Assembly (NCBI RefSeq): GCF_963676685.1
Contig: NC_092347.1
Location: 73,408,001 to 73,472,000, forward strand
Length of the DNA: 64,000 bases
Source: Mytilus edulis
Lineage: Eukaryota
Direction: 5' to 3'
Position 1 is the first letter of the stretch, and the number at the start of each line of letters is the position of its first letter. Shown here piece by piece: positions 24,691-37,975 of this stretch. The notes under the pieces were generated by a model. The model searched no databases. It was given only the letters and a program-made list of their open reading frames with translations, and was not told where the DNA came from. The position numbers were made by a program, and so were the translations under genes.

Positions 24691-27600
24691 ACCAAGCTAC
24701 TGTAGTTGATTATTTTAGATCACATCATAAGCTTCATGCTTTTAACTCATACATCAGGGAAATCAAATAATTTAACCAAATAATAAAAGTTTTAAATAAT
24801 TGTTCTCTATGCACATTGAAACCCACTCTTTTGTGAACTTTCAATTGCATATGCAGGGATTGGTATATGCATAATGTCTTTACCATGAACAATGAGTGAC
24901 TTACAAGATGATAATAGAATTATAGACTAAACAAACTGTATATCTTCTTTTATTTTATTGGAACGACGTAGTTTAATTTCTACTACACAATGTACTAATT
25001 CCGTTTGTATTTTATGCTTTTATTTCTAGCATCATGACAAAATTGTGGCCATTCTGAACGTCCTCTAATAGTATTAGAACAGGTTATTGATTTCACATTT
25101 TCTGGAGGAATTTTGTCAAATTTCAAACTATTGCGCGAGTCGTGCATTAGGTTCAGAGACCGTGACTCCCTTTGTTTGCAACTATTAGAATACATCTCAA
25201 TAATATTAGTTACGTAGTGTGCTAGTGACCTAATACGATATTTATAGGGTCAGTAAATTCCACATGGTGTGAGAGCAAAACTCGAATCCCCATATGGACT
25301 TTACTGACCCATATACATAGTATGCTGTATAACCAACTTATTCTACCGACTATCTTAACATGTGGTATTTAGAATAGTGGCCTTTCAAAGTACTTAGTAT
25401 TCAGAACCTACTTACATTTGTCTGTACAAAAAGAAATGCCATCAATAACAATTTGTTATCTCAAAATGTGTTTTATTGATTTATTTTAATCGTTCATCAT
25501 CAATTTTCTTGTTCTGCTGAAACCTTTCAGATTTTTTTCCAAGCACCATGTTGTTTTTATAAAAAGACATAGCATCACAACTAACCGTGTATTGAAATAA
25601 TCTCCCATCTTTTTTTTGTTTTAAAGGGAAGTATCTCCTTACTAACCCAATATTGTAACTTACTCTATATTTTTAGGACACCCTATTAAATATATGCAGT
25701 CACCTAGTGTAGTCCTTTAAAAATTATATCCCCATAAATCTATAGGAGGTAAGATAACAATGAATATATTTATATCAAAATTTTACTCTTAATCTGTGGT
25801 CTCTCGCTTTACTTTGTTAGATGCTTGTATTCTACTAGGATAAACATTGCATTTTTCTGTATATTTGTAAAATAGTGTGTTCTTATAGTACAGTGTATAG
25901 TTTTTCTCAGCTTCAAAAGAAAAAATATATACGGATAAAACAAAATTCACAGAATATTTTGAAATATCCTACATTTTTAAAAGATAATAAAAAATCATTG
26001 ACAAATATTACATCGAGTCATATCGAATTAATGCGTATGCAAACGACCGCAATTGTTTAAATTTCATTATGGTATTATGGAGGTACAAGAAGCGGTTTCT
26101 TTCACAATTGTATAAAATATCGAGGTTGTCAAAAGTTTCTACAGTTTTATTTCTCTTCAGCATTTTATATGATCAATTGTATTATACAGACAGTCATTTT
26201 AAGAAAGCCAAAAAATTCATTGGAATTTGATATCAAAAACTTTGGGATTTCAATATCTGATGTTAAATATTAGAAATTCATTATGGGAAATTAAATATCT
26301 TTATTCAGATTTCGTCATTCAAAATTGTGAATTCAATAAATTCATTAGACACGGTGTTGAGTATAATATCCACTGCATCTAGTCAAAAAACAGTTGAAGC
26401 ACTAAAAGGTCAATAATGCTAATATACTAGTATATATCTGATTAAGCAGAGCTCTACTTATTATGCATTACATTAAATAATTGTCACAAATGAAGTTCAA
26501 AATGGATAATGTAAAATATGAACTTTCACATGTGAATTCTCCAAAAGATGCAAGAACTGGATAAAGAGCACTTGAATTTTGGAAGGGATTTTAAATCATT
26601 TGGTAAAGGACGACATCAAATGTTAAATGTAGGATAAAACAAACTTAATTCATATACCCCCTCTTAAATTACTTTGGGAAAAATTGATTGACCAATAAGT
26701 ATATGTATAAAATCGATGTCAATTAAACAAAACTTAGAGGCAAATTTTACCCCCACCCTCAAACTATTTGAATTGAGATTTTTATCCTTATTGATGTTTT
26801 TATGTCGTCCATTCAATTCGTCAGTGGATTAGATTACCGTCCATTTTCCTTTGGATGGATTTTCCTTCCAAACAGCAGATTTTGAGTTCGGATGGTTATT
26901 ATCTTTTCTTCTTGATGTAGGTAAACAGAAAAGTACTTTCGTGTTGATTTGAAAGTCTGTTCCATTGTTTGTATATATTTTTTTTTTAATATAAAACTTA
27001 ATATAAACTGCTATTATAATTGTTTAATAGATTTGATTTTTTATTGATTTACTGTAATTTTAATTGCTTGGTAGTATTTTTGATTGCTTCTGTGTTTATT
27101 TTCTTGCTTTATGTCTTCTGTATACACATCGACTCTTATTTAAAATCGTATATGCAAACGTAACTGGTTACTCACACAATTAAAGTAAATATTTCATATT
27201 TTATAATATATGGCAGTAAATATCTTGTTAGGAACGATTTGTCAGCTTTTGAATGATGTATTTCTTTTATTCGTTTCAGACATAATTTGTCCCGCGCATC
27301 ATTTTCTAAAGTAATACAGGGTATTAAAAAAAACATTATACTTATTTATCATATGTTTAGTAGTAAATACAGTAGTTTTGCATATGTGATAAATAGCCTG
27401 CTGTTTAATCCATATCGCGCAACTTTGATGCGCACCCTTTATCGCATACCCTTTATCACACCCCTACCCTTTATCGCATACCCTTTATCACACCCCTACC
27501 TTTTTTTTTTCTTTTTCTTTTACATAAAGTCAGTTTTGGTTTTTTTTTTGCTTTAAGAAAAATTTTCCTCAAAATAGGTACATTTTTTGAATGACGTCAT

Positions 27601-29387
27601 TGTTTGGTATGTGACATCACGAACGTCGAGTTTTCATATTGTATGTGACGTCACGAACGTTAAGTTTTCATATTTTTTGGCACACTAAATGCAACTATGA
27701 AAAATACAAAACACATATATTAATACAATAATAAACAAAATATTTTTAAAACAACAGCACGCAAATTGTAAGGTAACCCAGGTGCTTCGGATAAGTAATT
27801 GAGCAGTTCTTTCTAAGGCCTTTGAAACAAGACAAAAGTAGAACTGAAGGTAACCCAGTGCTATGGATCAGAAAACAGTTTATATAATATAATACTCTTC
27901 TGTTGAAATATATGATAAAGTGTATAATACATGGCAAAATCCGTATCACATGCCGTATCACCCTCGACCAATATCATCCCTTGGGCCTAAAGGCCCTTGG
28001 GCTTATATTGATGTCTCTATATCTTGTACTCCTTTACAAAATTCCAGGTACTGACAAGAATGATAAATTTAAGCATCTATGTTTATTTGTAAATATTTTT
28101 AAGTAAGTTGTAAAGTTTTGTGATCTTTTGTGTGTGTGATTTTATGTTGGTTATTGGTAAATAAACTCTTCATAGATACTAGGATTTAATTTTTGTACGC
28201 CAGACGTGCGGTTTTTTTTTTACAAATAACTCAATAGACTGCAGTTGCATCGAACACAGTTTTTGAAACTAGATATGCCAATGATGATTGTCACTAAGTT
28301 TGATGTATGCTGAAAGTGATAGTTTCAAAGCAGAAGATTTTTAAAAGAAGTTAACGGACGACGATAGACGCCAAGTTATGAAGTGCTCTTTTGGCCTTAT
28401 TGTGTTTATTCAATGGATTTTGTGTTCTTTTTTTAAATTTCTGTAAATGACAGAAAGTTGAATTTGGTCTTTTTTATTTAGCGACATTGTGCGTGGTGGA
28501 TTCAAAATTTCTTCGATTTACTCCTCATCAAAAACTTACACTTTTGCATGATACAGGGTGTGATGCATTTAGAAAGTGTATTTCATCAGCACATCGATGT
28601 TCTGTAAATGTTCCACTACTAGCAAATGCTTAACATTTGTTTGTATGTGCATCATATAATAGTAAAATGGCATCATTATTAACTGTATTCAATTTTGAAG
28701 CCATATATTTATAAATGCAGTGGTGACATCAACTTTTTCTAGTTTTGTAGGGTTAAGGTGATATGTAAACAAACGCCTCATAAATACCTGGAATGAAATT
28801 TTTCATTTGCGACGGACTCATCAGTGACGTTCGAATAAAAAAAGTTAAAAAGGCCAAATCAAGTACGAAGTAGATCATTTAGAACCAAAAGATTATAAAG
28901 GATGTTTTGGGTTCAAATGAAATATGACAGGACTCAAAAGATATCTAGATGATTAATTAATAGTTCCATAGAAAAATCAAAACACATACAAGTCTTAAAA
29001 GAAATATGAAAAATTTAAAAGCACAAGATATGAGAACAGTGTTTTGCATTATCCAATAAAACGAAAATGTCAAACCTCTTAAGTTGTATTAACCTTTTCT
29101 CTCGTCCAGGTTTTGTAACGCCAGTACATTTTTATGCAAATTACTATATCTGAATGGAGGAAGCTGCAATGGTAAATAATATTTTTAATATAATCAGTAA
29201 TTACACAGCAATCTTTTAAGAAATTCTAAATACTGTTTTAACTCATTGTTCACTAGTTCATATGTATAGACGTGTATGAATGCTAATAGATATATGCATT
29301 TATCATGCAGTGTATTATTTAAATATTGCAATTTGTATTGGTTTCATTAGATAATTTCATATCAAATTGTATTTTCGTGGTACAAAG

Positions 29388-31946
29388 TTACAGTATGTCT
29401 GCAATGAGAGCTCTTCTTAAGTTTTCCCAGTCATTTTCATTCTCCGCTTCACTCCAATTTATTAAAATTACATCATTTAAAATATGTTCAAATTCTGTTG
29501 GAAAATTTTCTACTGGCACCTGCCTTGTAACTATTATAATTTTCTGTAAATTGCTTGCATATTTTTCATACTTCGCTCTTTCAATTTCAAAACGCCCCCA
29601 GTGTTTGTCTGAAAAATCTTTTGTTATCACAAAAATAATGTTCCGGCTTTGCTGGATTGAGTCACAAATGGCATCTACATAAGCATCGCCAACGGAGATA
29701 TCACGATCTTCAAGGCACATTTTCATTTTCCAGGAATTTTCAATTTTCGGCATTAGGAGATTTTTCACCCAGTAAAGACTTTGATTTGAATACGATAAAT
29801 AAATATCATACACAAATTTCTTTTTAAGTTCTGTTTCAACAGCTTTCCGAAATTTTCGATAAAACCAATACGTTATTTGCCATTTGAAATTTATAATAAG
29901 AGCTAAAGGGACGGTAATGGTGATAAACGAAACAAGCAATCCAATGCCGACTCGAAGCCATATTTCATTGTGACAGATACTGAAATAGTCATGAAACTTT
30001 TGATAAACTTTGATAGTTGTAGTAATAGAACCATTACTCAACATACATTTATATTGTTTGTTTGGTTCATCAAATTCAATATTAGTTTCAAATAACCATC
30101 GAATGAAATCTTTTGTTTCACAGGTACACTTAAATATGTTTCTTTTCAGAAATAGCTTGAAAGTCCCATTCTTTTTCTGTTGTTTGTCAAGCCAGTTCCT
30201 CATAGTTGCGTTTATCGAATCTAAAATATTTCCCGAAAAATCAAGAAAATTTAATTTCTCTAGCGGCATTAAAGCCGTTGGTAACTCATCAAATAAATTA
30301 CCCTGCATTATAAGTTTTCTTAATTTTTGGTTATAAAAAAAGGTATCGTATCTAAGTTGCCATAACTGGTTACCAGAAATGTCTAATTCTTCTACTTCTG
30401 GAATGAAACTAAAATAGTGTCGGGTATGTTGAACAGTCTGCCATATCCCAGTAAAACCAAGAATCACGGTTGTCGAATTTGCAAATAACGACATTGAAGT
30501 GTTCCAAGACGGAATTCCAGAAAAATCTATATACTTGATGTTATTTTCACCTTTTAATTCAATTTCAGGAAAATTTCTTATATTGACGTATGCCAAATCT
30601 AAATATGTCAGATTTGAAGCATTCAAGAATACTATTTTGTTCCTAAGTTGTTGATTTGCAAGGTAGTATCTGTGTCGTATCTGTCTCAAGTTTGGGGGAA
30701 GCGGAAGGTGTACAGTCTGCACAGGAGATTCCCTTGCTGGTGTAACAGAATTTCGTTTTCCTAGACACAGAGGCTTGTCACTTTCTGTATTTTTCCAAAA
30801 AATTGAATTAAAGTTCGATAACTTATTGTCATGAAGAATTTTAATGTTTTGTTCAACATTTCTGTACGAAAGAGGATTATAAGACATGTCAAACGATATC
30901 AGGTTGGTAAGCTTTCTACTAATATCCCATAACTCTGTCAATTTGAATCCGTTGATCAGGGAAAACCTATTACCTGACAATTCTATGTTTTGTATGCATT
31001 CTGGGTATCGGTTCCACAACAAGGACTTAGGTTCAAAATCAGCAATCCCATTCTCTGTCAAAACTAACGTATTGAAACAAATTTTCTGCAAATGCTGCAT
31101 CATTTGTCTTGTTAGTATAACTGCAGATGGCGTTTCTATGGGACATTTGTACCCTGGATTAACTCTTGTGAACTGAATCCTGCGCATTTGCTTATTTTCA
31201 AATGGATACAATAATTTTAAGGCAGATTCCAATGTCATGTTTGAATGATGTATAACTAATGTTTTCAAATTTCGTAATGATCGGAAGGCGTCAGCTTCAA
31301 TACTGCGAATCATGTTACATTTCCTCAAATGTATTTCTTCCAAATTTTCTGGTAGCATTGAGAACGTGTTGTTCAATATCAATCTTAAATCACAGTTTTC
31401 AAAGACGATTTTAGTTATATTTTGTAGTTTTTCGAACCCACAATTGTCAAAACCAGGATCACCAATCAAATCCAAAGATAACTCCTTTAAATTGGAAAGG
31501 TTTTCAAACAAAGGATATTGTACTTTTGATGTATATTCTTTTTTCATATTATGTCTTATATCTAGCATTTCAAGTCTTTTTAGAGGACGAAAAACGTCGA
31601 CTTCGTAAGACACAGAAAAATCCAGATTGTTGTTGGTTAAAAAAAGACCATGAAGATGTTCCAAGCCATCAAATGCATTTGTTGGAAGAAATGAAATGTT
31701 ATTGTTATCAAGATGAAGAGTTTTCAGATTACGATATTTCCCCAACACATCACCATCTATTCGATGTATTACATTGAACTTCAAATCCAAAACAACAATA
31801 CTGTCTGGTAAATCATTCGGAACATTTCTAAGTTCTTTATAAGAGCAATTGGCAGTGAAATCATGTATTTCGCAAATATGAGCATGACATTTGTAGCGTT
31901 CTAAGCAAAAGACGAATACCATTATCGTAATTTGAAATAAATCCAT
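29388..31946 (-). CDS. Toll-like receptor, single cysteine cluster type, intronless, 852 aa
   Basis: Signal peptide; LRRNT (CEIHDFTANCSYKELRNVP); many LxxLxLxxN repeats; LRRCT (NIFKCTCETKDFIRWL...YKC); TM (IWLRVGIGLLVSFITITVPLALII); TIR boxes YDIYLSYS, CLEDRDISVG, WGRFEI, WENLRRAL. Confidence 0.97.
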   Translation of the reverse strand: MDLFQITIMVFVFCLERYKCHAHICEIHDFTANCSYKELRNVPNDLPDSIVVLDLKFNVIHRIDGDVLGKYRNLKTLHLDNNNISFLPTNAFDGLEHLHGLFLTNNNLDFSVSYEVDVFRPLKRLEMLDIRHNMKKEYTSKVQYPLFENLSNLKELSLDLIGDPGFDNCGFEKLQNITKIVFENCDLRLILNNTFSMLPENLEEIHLRKCNMIRSIEADAFRSLRNLKTLVIHHSNMTLESALKLLYPFENKQMRRIQFTRVNPGYKCPIETPSAVILTRQMMQHLQKICFNTLVLTENGIADFEPKSLLWNRYPECIQNIELSGNRFSLINGFKLTELWDISRKLTNLISFDMSYNPLSYRNVEQNIKILHDNKLSNFNSIFWKNTESDKPLCLGKRNSVTPARESPVQTVHLPLPPNLRQIRHRYYLANQQLRNKIVFLNASNLTYLDLAYVNIRNFPEIELKGENNIKYIDFSGIPSWNTSMSLFANSTTVILGFTGIWQTVQHTRHYFSFIPEVEELDISGNQLWQLRYDTFFYNQKLRKLIMQGNLFDELPTALMPLEKLNFLDFSGNILDSINATMRNWLDKQQKKNGTFKLFLKRNIFKCTCETKDFIRWLFETNIEFDEPNKQYKCMLSNGSITTTIKVYQKFHDYFSICHNEIWLRVGIGLLVSFITITVPLALIINFKWQITYWFYRKFRKAVETELKKKFVYDIYLSYSNQSLYWVKNLLMPKIENSWKMKMCLEDRDISVGDAYVDAICDSIQQSRNIIFVITKDFSDKHWGRFEIERAKYEKYASNLQKIIIVTRQVPVENFPTEFEHILNDVILINWSEAENENDWENLRRALIADIL

Positions 31947-32176
31947 TACTTTTCACGCGCTCGGACAATGCTATTTTAATTGAATTCAGGTCTCTCGAGA
32001 CTTACATTCTGACTAATATAAACCAAGAGCCGTAATAACTATACTTTTATAATAATAATGGTGTTGTAAGCTTTAACTTCTTTACTTATACGGGTATCTT
32101 TTGGCTTACGGAATAGAAATATGTCTACCCCCAGAGTTCAGAAAAACCAATAAAGAAATAAACGAAAAGGGTAAGC

Positions 32177-32185
32177 TTCCGGGAA
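32177..32185. promoter_or_regulatory. Candidate STAT (GAS) site TTCCGGGAA upstream of the TLR
   Basis: Optimal GAS consensus 231 nt upstream of the TLR ATG. Confidence 0.5.
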
Positions 32186-34135
32186 GTATGTTCGAGACAA
32201 CACACAATTATATAGCTTTCATGAATGTTGACTTTGATCATTTGTAATCTTCTTTGTGGATAGATAAACTTTTAAATTGTTATTTCCATATTAAATGAAC
32301 ATTGTTTCGTATCCCGATAATCAGCTATGAGGAAAGTTATTTTACTAAGCATGAAACGTTTATTAGATGGCTTAAGTATATCTCAAAGATGGGGATTTAT
32401 TTCAAATTTACCCATAAAATCCGCTTTCCATCTTCGCATGTATATTATTTTCCTTCCGATCATATACATGAATATCTTGATAAGAAACTATTGGTAATAA
32501 TGATACAGCATTTTCGAGTTATAAATCTAGACTTTGATATATTAAACTTTTTTCAATAAACTATAAACTCATCCATTCTACCTCAGACACCAGGTCTTTT
32601 AAATTTAAAAAAAGTAACAAATTTCTATTTGGTTGCAATATCTCGTAGGAACTGAAAATCGGACTTAATAGGTACTAGTATAGAATATTTGGCTTCCAAT
32701 TGAATATGAACTTCTAGTATAATAGTTGTGTTTGCAATTAAAAACACTTTATCAGATGAATTCAGGAAATTCAATTGAAAATACTGATATAGATAAGGTA
32801 TAGCGGTTTCACCAGACTAAAGTTAACTGTGGTATGATTGCAATGAGACAACTGTCCACGGCTTTCAAGTGACGTATACATGTTAGTGACTATAATGGGC
32901 CATCGTACAGCCTTTTGAATTGTTTCACGTTCTATCGAGCTGGAAACTTTTGCGAATGTGGTTGTTAATGTCATCCTACTCTGGTCTCTGTTGGATAGTT
33001 CTCACAATGACAGTCGTACCAAAATCTGCTTATTTCTATATTGCTAAAGTTTGTTAATATTCTTTACTCTAAATAAGTCCCACAGATTAAAATAATCTCA
33101 ACTATCCACGTCAAGTTGTCCTCGGGACATATCTGGGGGGATTTTTTTCTTCTTCTTTCTGTGATCCTGATTCCATATACCATGATTTTATGAATGTTTT
33201 AGTTTAACATATTTTTGGGCTACAGAAATGGCATACATCGCATATGTATATAATCATGTAGTTTTTTAAAAACATCATGACCTTATATTCCTGCAAGGGT
33301 TACAAAATAATTTTTCATACCCTTTTCTTAAACTTTTAACAGCATTTAATTTACCAATCAACAGAAGCAATAACTCCGTGAACAATAGTCTCATTCATTA
33401 ATAAATATCTGCAAAACAGAGAAGTTTCAGGAAATCTTTGAAATTTGGAAGATGCAATAAGTTGGAGACATTTGTCCAGCTAAAGATGATTTCATAGATG
33501 TTGCCCCTAAGCCTAAGGACGAGACGTTCTTTGACATACCCCCTGGTTCATCAACAGTCTGTTCAGACACTGGTGAGTGTCATTCGAAAGATATACGTTC
33601 TCAACTGTACATCTTTGATTTGTTTAAGACACTTGTCCAGCTATACTTGCTATGATAGATGTTGTTTGATGGGAAACAGTAAAATAACAAAAAATATTGA
33701 ACTCCGAGGAAAATTCTAAATAGAAAGTCCCAAAGCAAATGGCGAAATCAAGAGCTCAAACACATCAAACGATCGGATAACAACTGTCATACTCACGAAT
33801 TGGTACAGGCATTTTCTTACTTAGAAAATACTGGATCAAACCTGGTTTCATATCTAGCTAAATCTCTCAATTGTATGACAGTCGTATATAATTCCATGAT
33901 ATTGACAACAATGTGTGAACATGTAAAAATGTCAAAAATAGGGGAAAACAGTCAACATTGTGTTGAAATTTAATCACTATAAAAACAAACAAATATGTCA
34001 ACAAATGAGAGAATACTGTTTCTGTATTGTTTTAAGTTACAATGTATGACTAAAATCAGCAAAGACCCATCGAAACAACATCTGCTACAAAAATTTTACA
34101 ATACTTTTAGATATTTGGATGAAATGTTGGCTCTC

Positions 34136-34689
34136 ATTCTATTATAACGTTACGTGCTTCTTTCGCTTTGTGAATATACCCATGCTCTAAATCCAATAAA
34201 ATTTGTTCGCACATGCGTATATTTACTACTTCAGAATAATGAATTTTATCAAATTGGCATGCATTTTATATATTTCATTAATTTAAAACACTTCCTAACT
34301 CTTAGTTGTTACTAATTCATTTATTATGACTGTTATGTATTGCATTTCGAAATTAACATATTTGACCTAGATACAACAATCGTTCATGCTGGCTGTTCAA
34401 AACTTCTCCCCCTGAAAAATTACAGTGCCAGTCGTTTACTTCTTTACAAACAAAAAAGGGAGAAGGTGCTCTCCACTTATACACATAGGACATAGAAATT
34501 ACCTTAATTGTCCTAATCAGAATCGAAATAATTGATGCAAGCTATATTTCATTGTAGTTTTAACATGGGTAGGCATTAAATTTGTGTTATTTTAGCCCTC
34601 ACTTTCGCTCGGGCAAAAAAAAATCACGAATATAATGCCTACCCATGTTAAAACTACAATAAAGTATAGCTTGCATCAATTATTTCTTA
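34136..34689. mobile_element. Hairpin-ended non-autonomous element inserted in the PLE
   Basis: Interrupts the RT frame; near-perfect ~65-bp inverted arms spanning 34526..34686. Confidence 0.6.
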
Positions 34690-35231
34690 AATAATGACGA
34701 CTTCAGTATGTATACTAAAGAAATTTATCCTGTTGAACTAACTTTGAATAAAGTTAATACTAACAATGCACACTGCCCTTTCCTCGATCTTGATATCTAT
34801 ATCATTAACGGGAAGCTTAATACCAATTTTTTTTATAAAAGAGATGATTTTTCATTTCCTATCGTTAATTGTCCATTTTTAGATTTGACGTTCCCTTGTC
34901 ACCATCTTGTGGTGTATATATATCTCAACTTGTACGATTCGCTCGTGTTTGTAACAACGTATTAGATTTTAGCGAGAGAAACTTATGCATAAAATAAAAA
35001 TATTACACCAGGGTTTTCGATATCACAAACTAGTCAAAACATTTACTAAATTTTATCATCGATACATCTGTCATGGACATCATTCGTAAATATGATTGAA
35101 CATGCAGACATCTTATACGTTCAGGTAATTCACATCCAATTTTTTATGGTAATATTCTTTACAAAACACAAAAATGCCGACATTCCCCTCAAAAGCTAAC
35201 AAAACCTTTAAACAGACTTATTAAGAAGGGA

Positions 35232-35786
35232 GAACGATAAATGCAATTTTTGTAAAACAAAAGAAGAAGATTATTTGCATTTCTTTATTACATGTTCATT
35301 TTTGAAAGATTTTTGGGAGAAAGTACATTATCTTCTAGCAAAAATGAATTTTCAAAACAAGATATTAGCAAAACATATAGTATTTGGATACAAAATATCA
35401 GATCAAGGGTATAACGGTTTTAATTATTTCTTGACAATTATAAGTTTTTGTATTTACAAGTCGTACTATGTATCCGAGCAAAAACTGAAATTTTTAGATG
35501 TGTATGCTATGTTTATAAAGGATTTACGAAGGTTTATGAATGAGAACCAAACAGTATCTCAAAATGTATTTTTCATAAAGTTAAAAACATTAATATAATT
35601 GATGGGGGAAAAAAATAATGTTTTATTATTTTTTATTATATTCTGTGTATTTTCCTGGATACTCAGAAAGTAATTCACAGGGATACTTTATTGAAGCTTG
35701 GACAATGAAGTAAAGATGTAACAAGCAATTTGAAGAATAAAGAATATTTATTTGTTGGTAAAAAAAAAAAAAAAAAAAAAAAAAAA
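35232..35786 (+). mobile_element. 5'-truncated L1/Tx1-clade LINE 3' end nested in the PLE
   Basis: CNFCKTKEEDYLHFFITC (C-x2-C-x8-H-x4-C ORF2 zinc knuckle), stop at 35598, AATAAA 35736, poly(A) 35760..35786, TSD AAGGGA at 35226 and 35785. Confidence 0.85.
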
Positions 35787-37168
35787 GGGATATAAGTACG
35801 ATACTGTTGTCAGGTCATTAAAGATTACATATTTTGGCTTTAATAATGATTCACTCATAGGGTCTTTGCATCGGGAATAAACACATTTATTCTAAAACCA
35901 GTTGTTGGCATCTTTCGTCCCTCTTTTATGTTCTTATATATTTTATGATGATATAATACTAAACCTCCAACAGGAGGGGTTGTGCTTGATATTCATATGA
36001 TGAAGACATTTTCTTTCAATTAGTTTAATTGAGGTCTGCAGCTGGCATGTCAGTAACTGCTAGTTCAGTGTCCTTTATTAATTTATGTATCATTGTCATT
36101 TTGTTTTGTTGGGTTTTTTTTTTTGTTGTTTTTTTTTTTTTTGTTACCTATTCTGACATCGGAGTCGGACTTCTTTTAAACTGAGTTTTACTGTGCGTAT
36201 TGTTGTATGTTGTTTTTTCTACATTGGCTAGAGGTATAACGGGAGGGTTGAGACGCATTTTTGCGCTTGTCCCAAGTAAGGAGCCTCTGGTCTTTGTTAG
36301 TCTTGTAAGATTTTCGATTTTAGTTTCTTTTACATCTTTCGGAGTTTAGTATGACGTCCATTATCACTGAGCCAGCATAAGCACGCCTCCAGGTGCGGGA
36401 TTTTCTCGCTGCACTGAAAACCCATTGGTGGCCTTCGGCTGTTGTCTGCTCTTTGGTCGGGGTGTTGACTCTTTGACACATTCCAAATTTCCATTCCCAA
36501 TTTTATTTAACACGCTTTTAAGATAATGAACAACGTCAGTCCCCGGCTAAAATCTATACTTCAAGACCATCATGTATTATTTGTGAAGTTGGTACGGAAT
36601 ATTTATCAATAATGTCTTCGTATATCTTCCAATGATTTTTTTAGAAAAAGCACGAGACGTTCTTTGACATACCCCTGGTTAATCAACTATCTGCTCAGGC
36701 ACTGGTTGCGTGTCATTCAAAAGGTATGCGTTCTCAACTGTACATCATTGTTTTCAGTACATGGCCAAAAGTATTCGTCACCTGAATTTTTTTGCTATAT
36801 ATTTCACATAAAAACACATTTTTTCCAAAAAATATTTTGAGGGCATTTATGGTTGGATTTTTATCAACAAGGCCTTAAAAGACGTAGAATTGTCGAAAGT
36901 ATGTTTTCCAATCAGCAATGATCAGGGTCCCACAGGAGGCATTTACAATTACCAATTATGATAGTATAAGCAACAAACATGAGACATGTGCAATGTACAG
37001 TATATAACGTGACAGATATTATAATAGACAAATAAAAATAGCATTAATAACAAAAATACATTAAAAATACTTTTTTTTTTCCTTCCTTCCTTTCTACCAG
37101 TATTATTTCTATGTCAAGCTGTGCACAAATAAAAAAATATTAATAATAAAGTTTAAACAGACTTAAAT

Positions 37169-37975
37169 TGCAGACTTTGGCAAAACCACAATATCCAATA
37201 TCCACAAAAAATGCAAGATTTCTGCTCAATTCATGAAAAAAATTGGTACCAACATAATCAGACATGATATCTAGACAGGAACATGAACATGTATGCAACA
37301 TTCAAATTTGAGTTTTTTGTCTGTACTATTGTTGTCTCTCTTCCACTTTTGAGGGCCAGGACTTTTATGGCAAAATGGTAAAAGTAGTCAAACTACCAAA
37401 TCACTTTCCTTACGACACTGGGGTGGTGCACGTAAGTTCAAATTCAGCACAGGACAGGTGCACTCAACACGAATCTAAATCGACTATGATAATGTAAGAG
37501 TCCCTACTAAAGGTCTGTGGTTATCTCCCGGCGCTCCGGCTTCCTCCACCAATAAAAACTGATAACTAAGAAATATCACAATGATATAGAAAGTAGGGCC
37601 AAAAACATGATTCAATCGATCAATCCACTTTTGAGTTTTGTTTCTCTCTTTTGTATCTGCTGCTTCTTTTAGAAGTTTGTATCATGTTCAAATTCACATC
37701 CATTTCTTTCAGTAGTATGGCAGGGTTCTGTAAAACAAAACAAAAAATATGGTTTAAAAATCTTTTTTAAATATTTATGTCAATCTGGTTTATGTTCAAG
37801 TGAGTGTCAATCAACAAGTGAGCACTTTATAAATAATTACACCAAGATGTAATTACATGTACATGTATATGAAATTGGATACCCTGCATACATGTACATG
37901 TATATCATGTGTTTTAATAACATGAACAAATTGCTGTATTACCCCCTCCTGAATTATTGAAAACAAACATTCTAC
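37169..37975 (+). repeat. ~800-bp segment duplicated at 40291..41104, including a V-type tRNA SINE (37352..37624)
   Basis: Colinear similarity from tgcagactttggcaaaaccac to gaaaacaa(a/t)cattctac. Confidence 0.8.

Larger units (their letters stand above)
34021..36506 (+). mobile_element. Decayed Penelope-like retroelement interrupted by two nested insertions
   Basis: NTFRYLDEMLAL (YLDD to YLDE), resumes at about 34690 as NNDDFSMYTKEIYPVELTL...FLDLDI...KRDDFSFPIVN with frameshifts. The 3' UTR is colinear with the 13447 copy. Confidence 0.8.

Noticed and set aside
29326-31777. Plus-strand ORFs 29326, 30010, 30886, 31312 and 31526
   Set aside because: Antisense shadows of the TLR coding sequence.
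33520-33613. ~95-bp segment repeated at about 36654..36746
   Set aside because: The duplication is real but there is no evidence of function; probably a repeat remnant.
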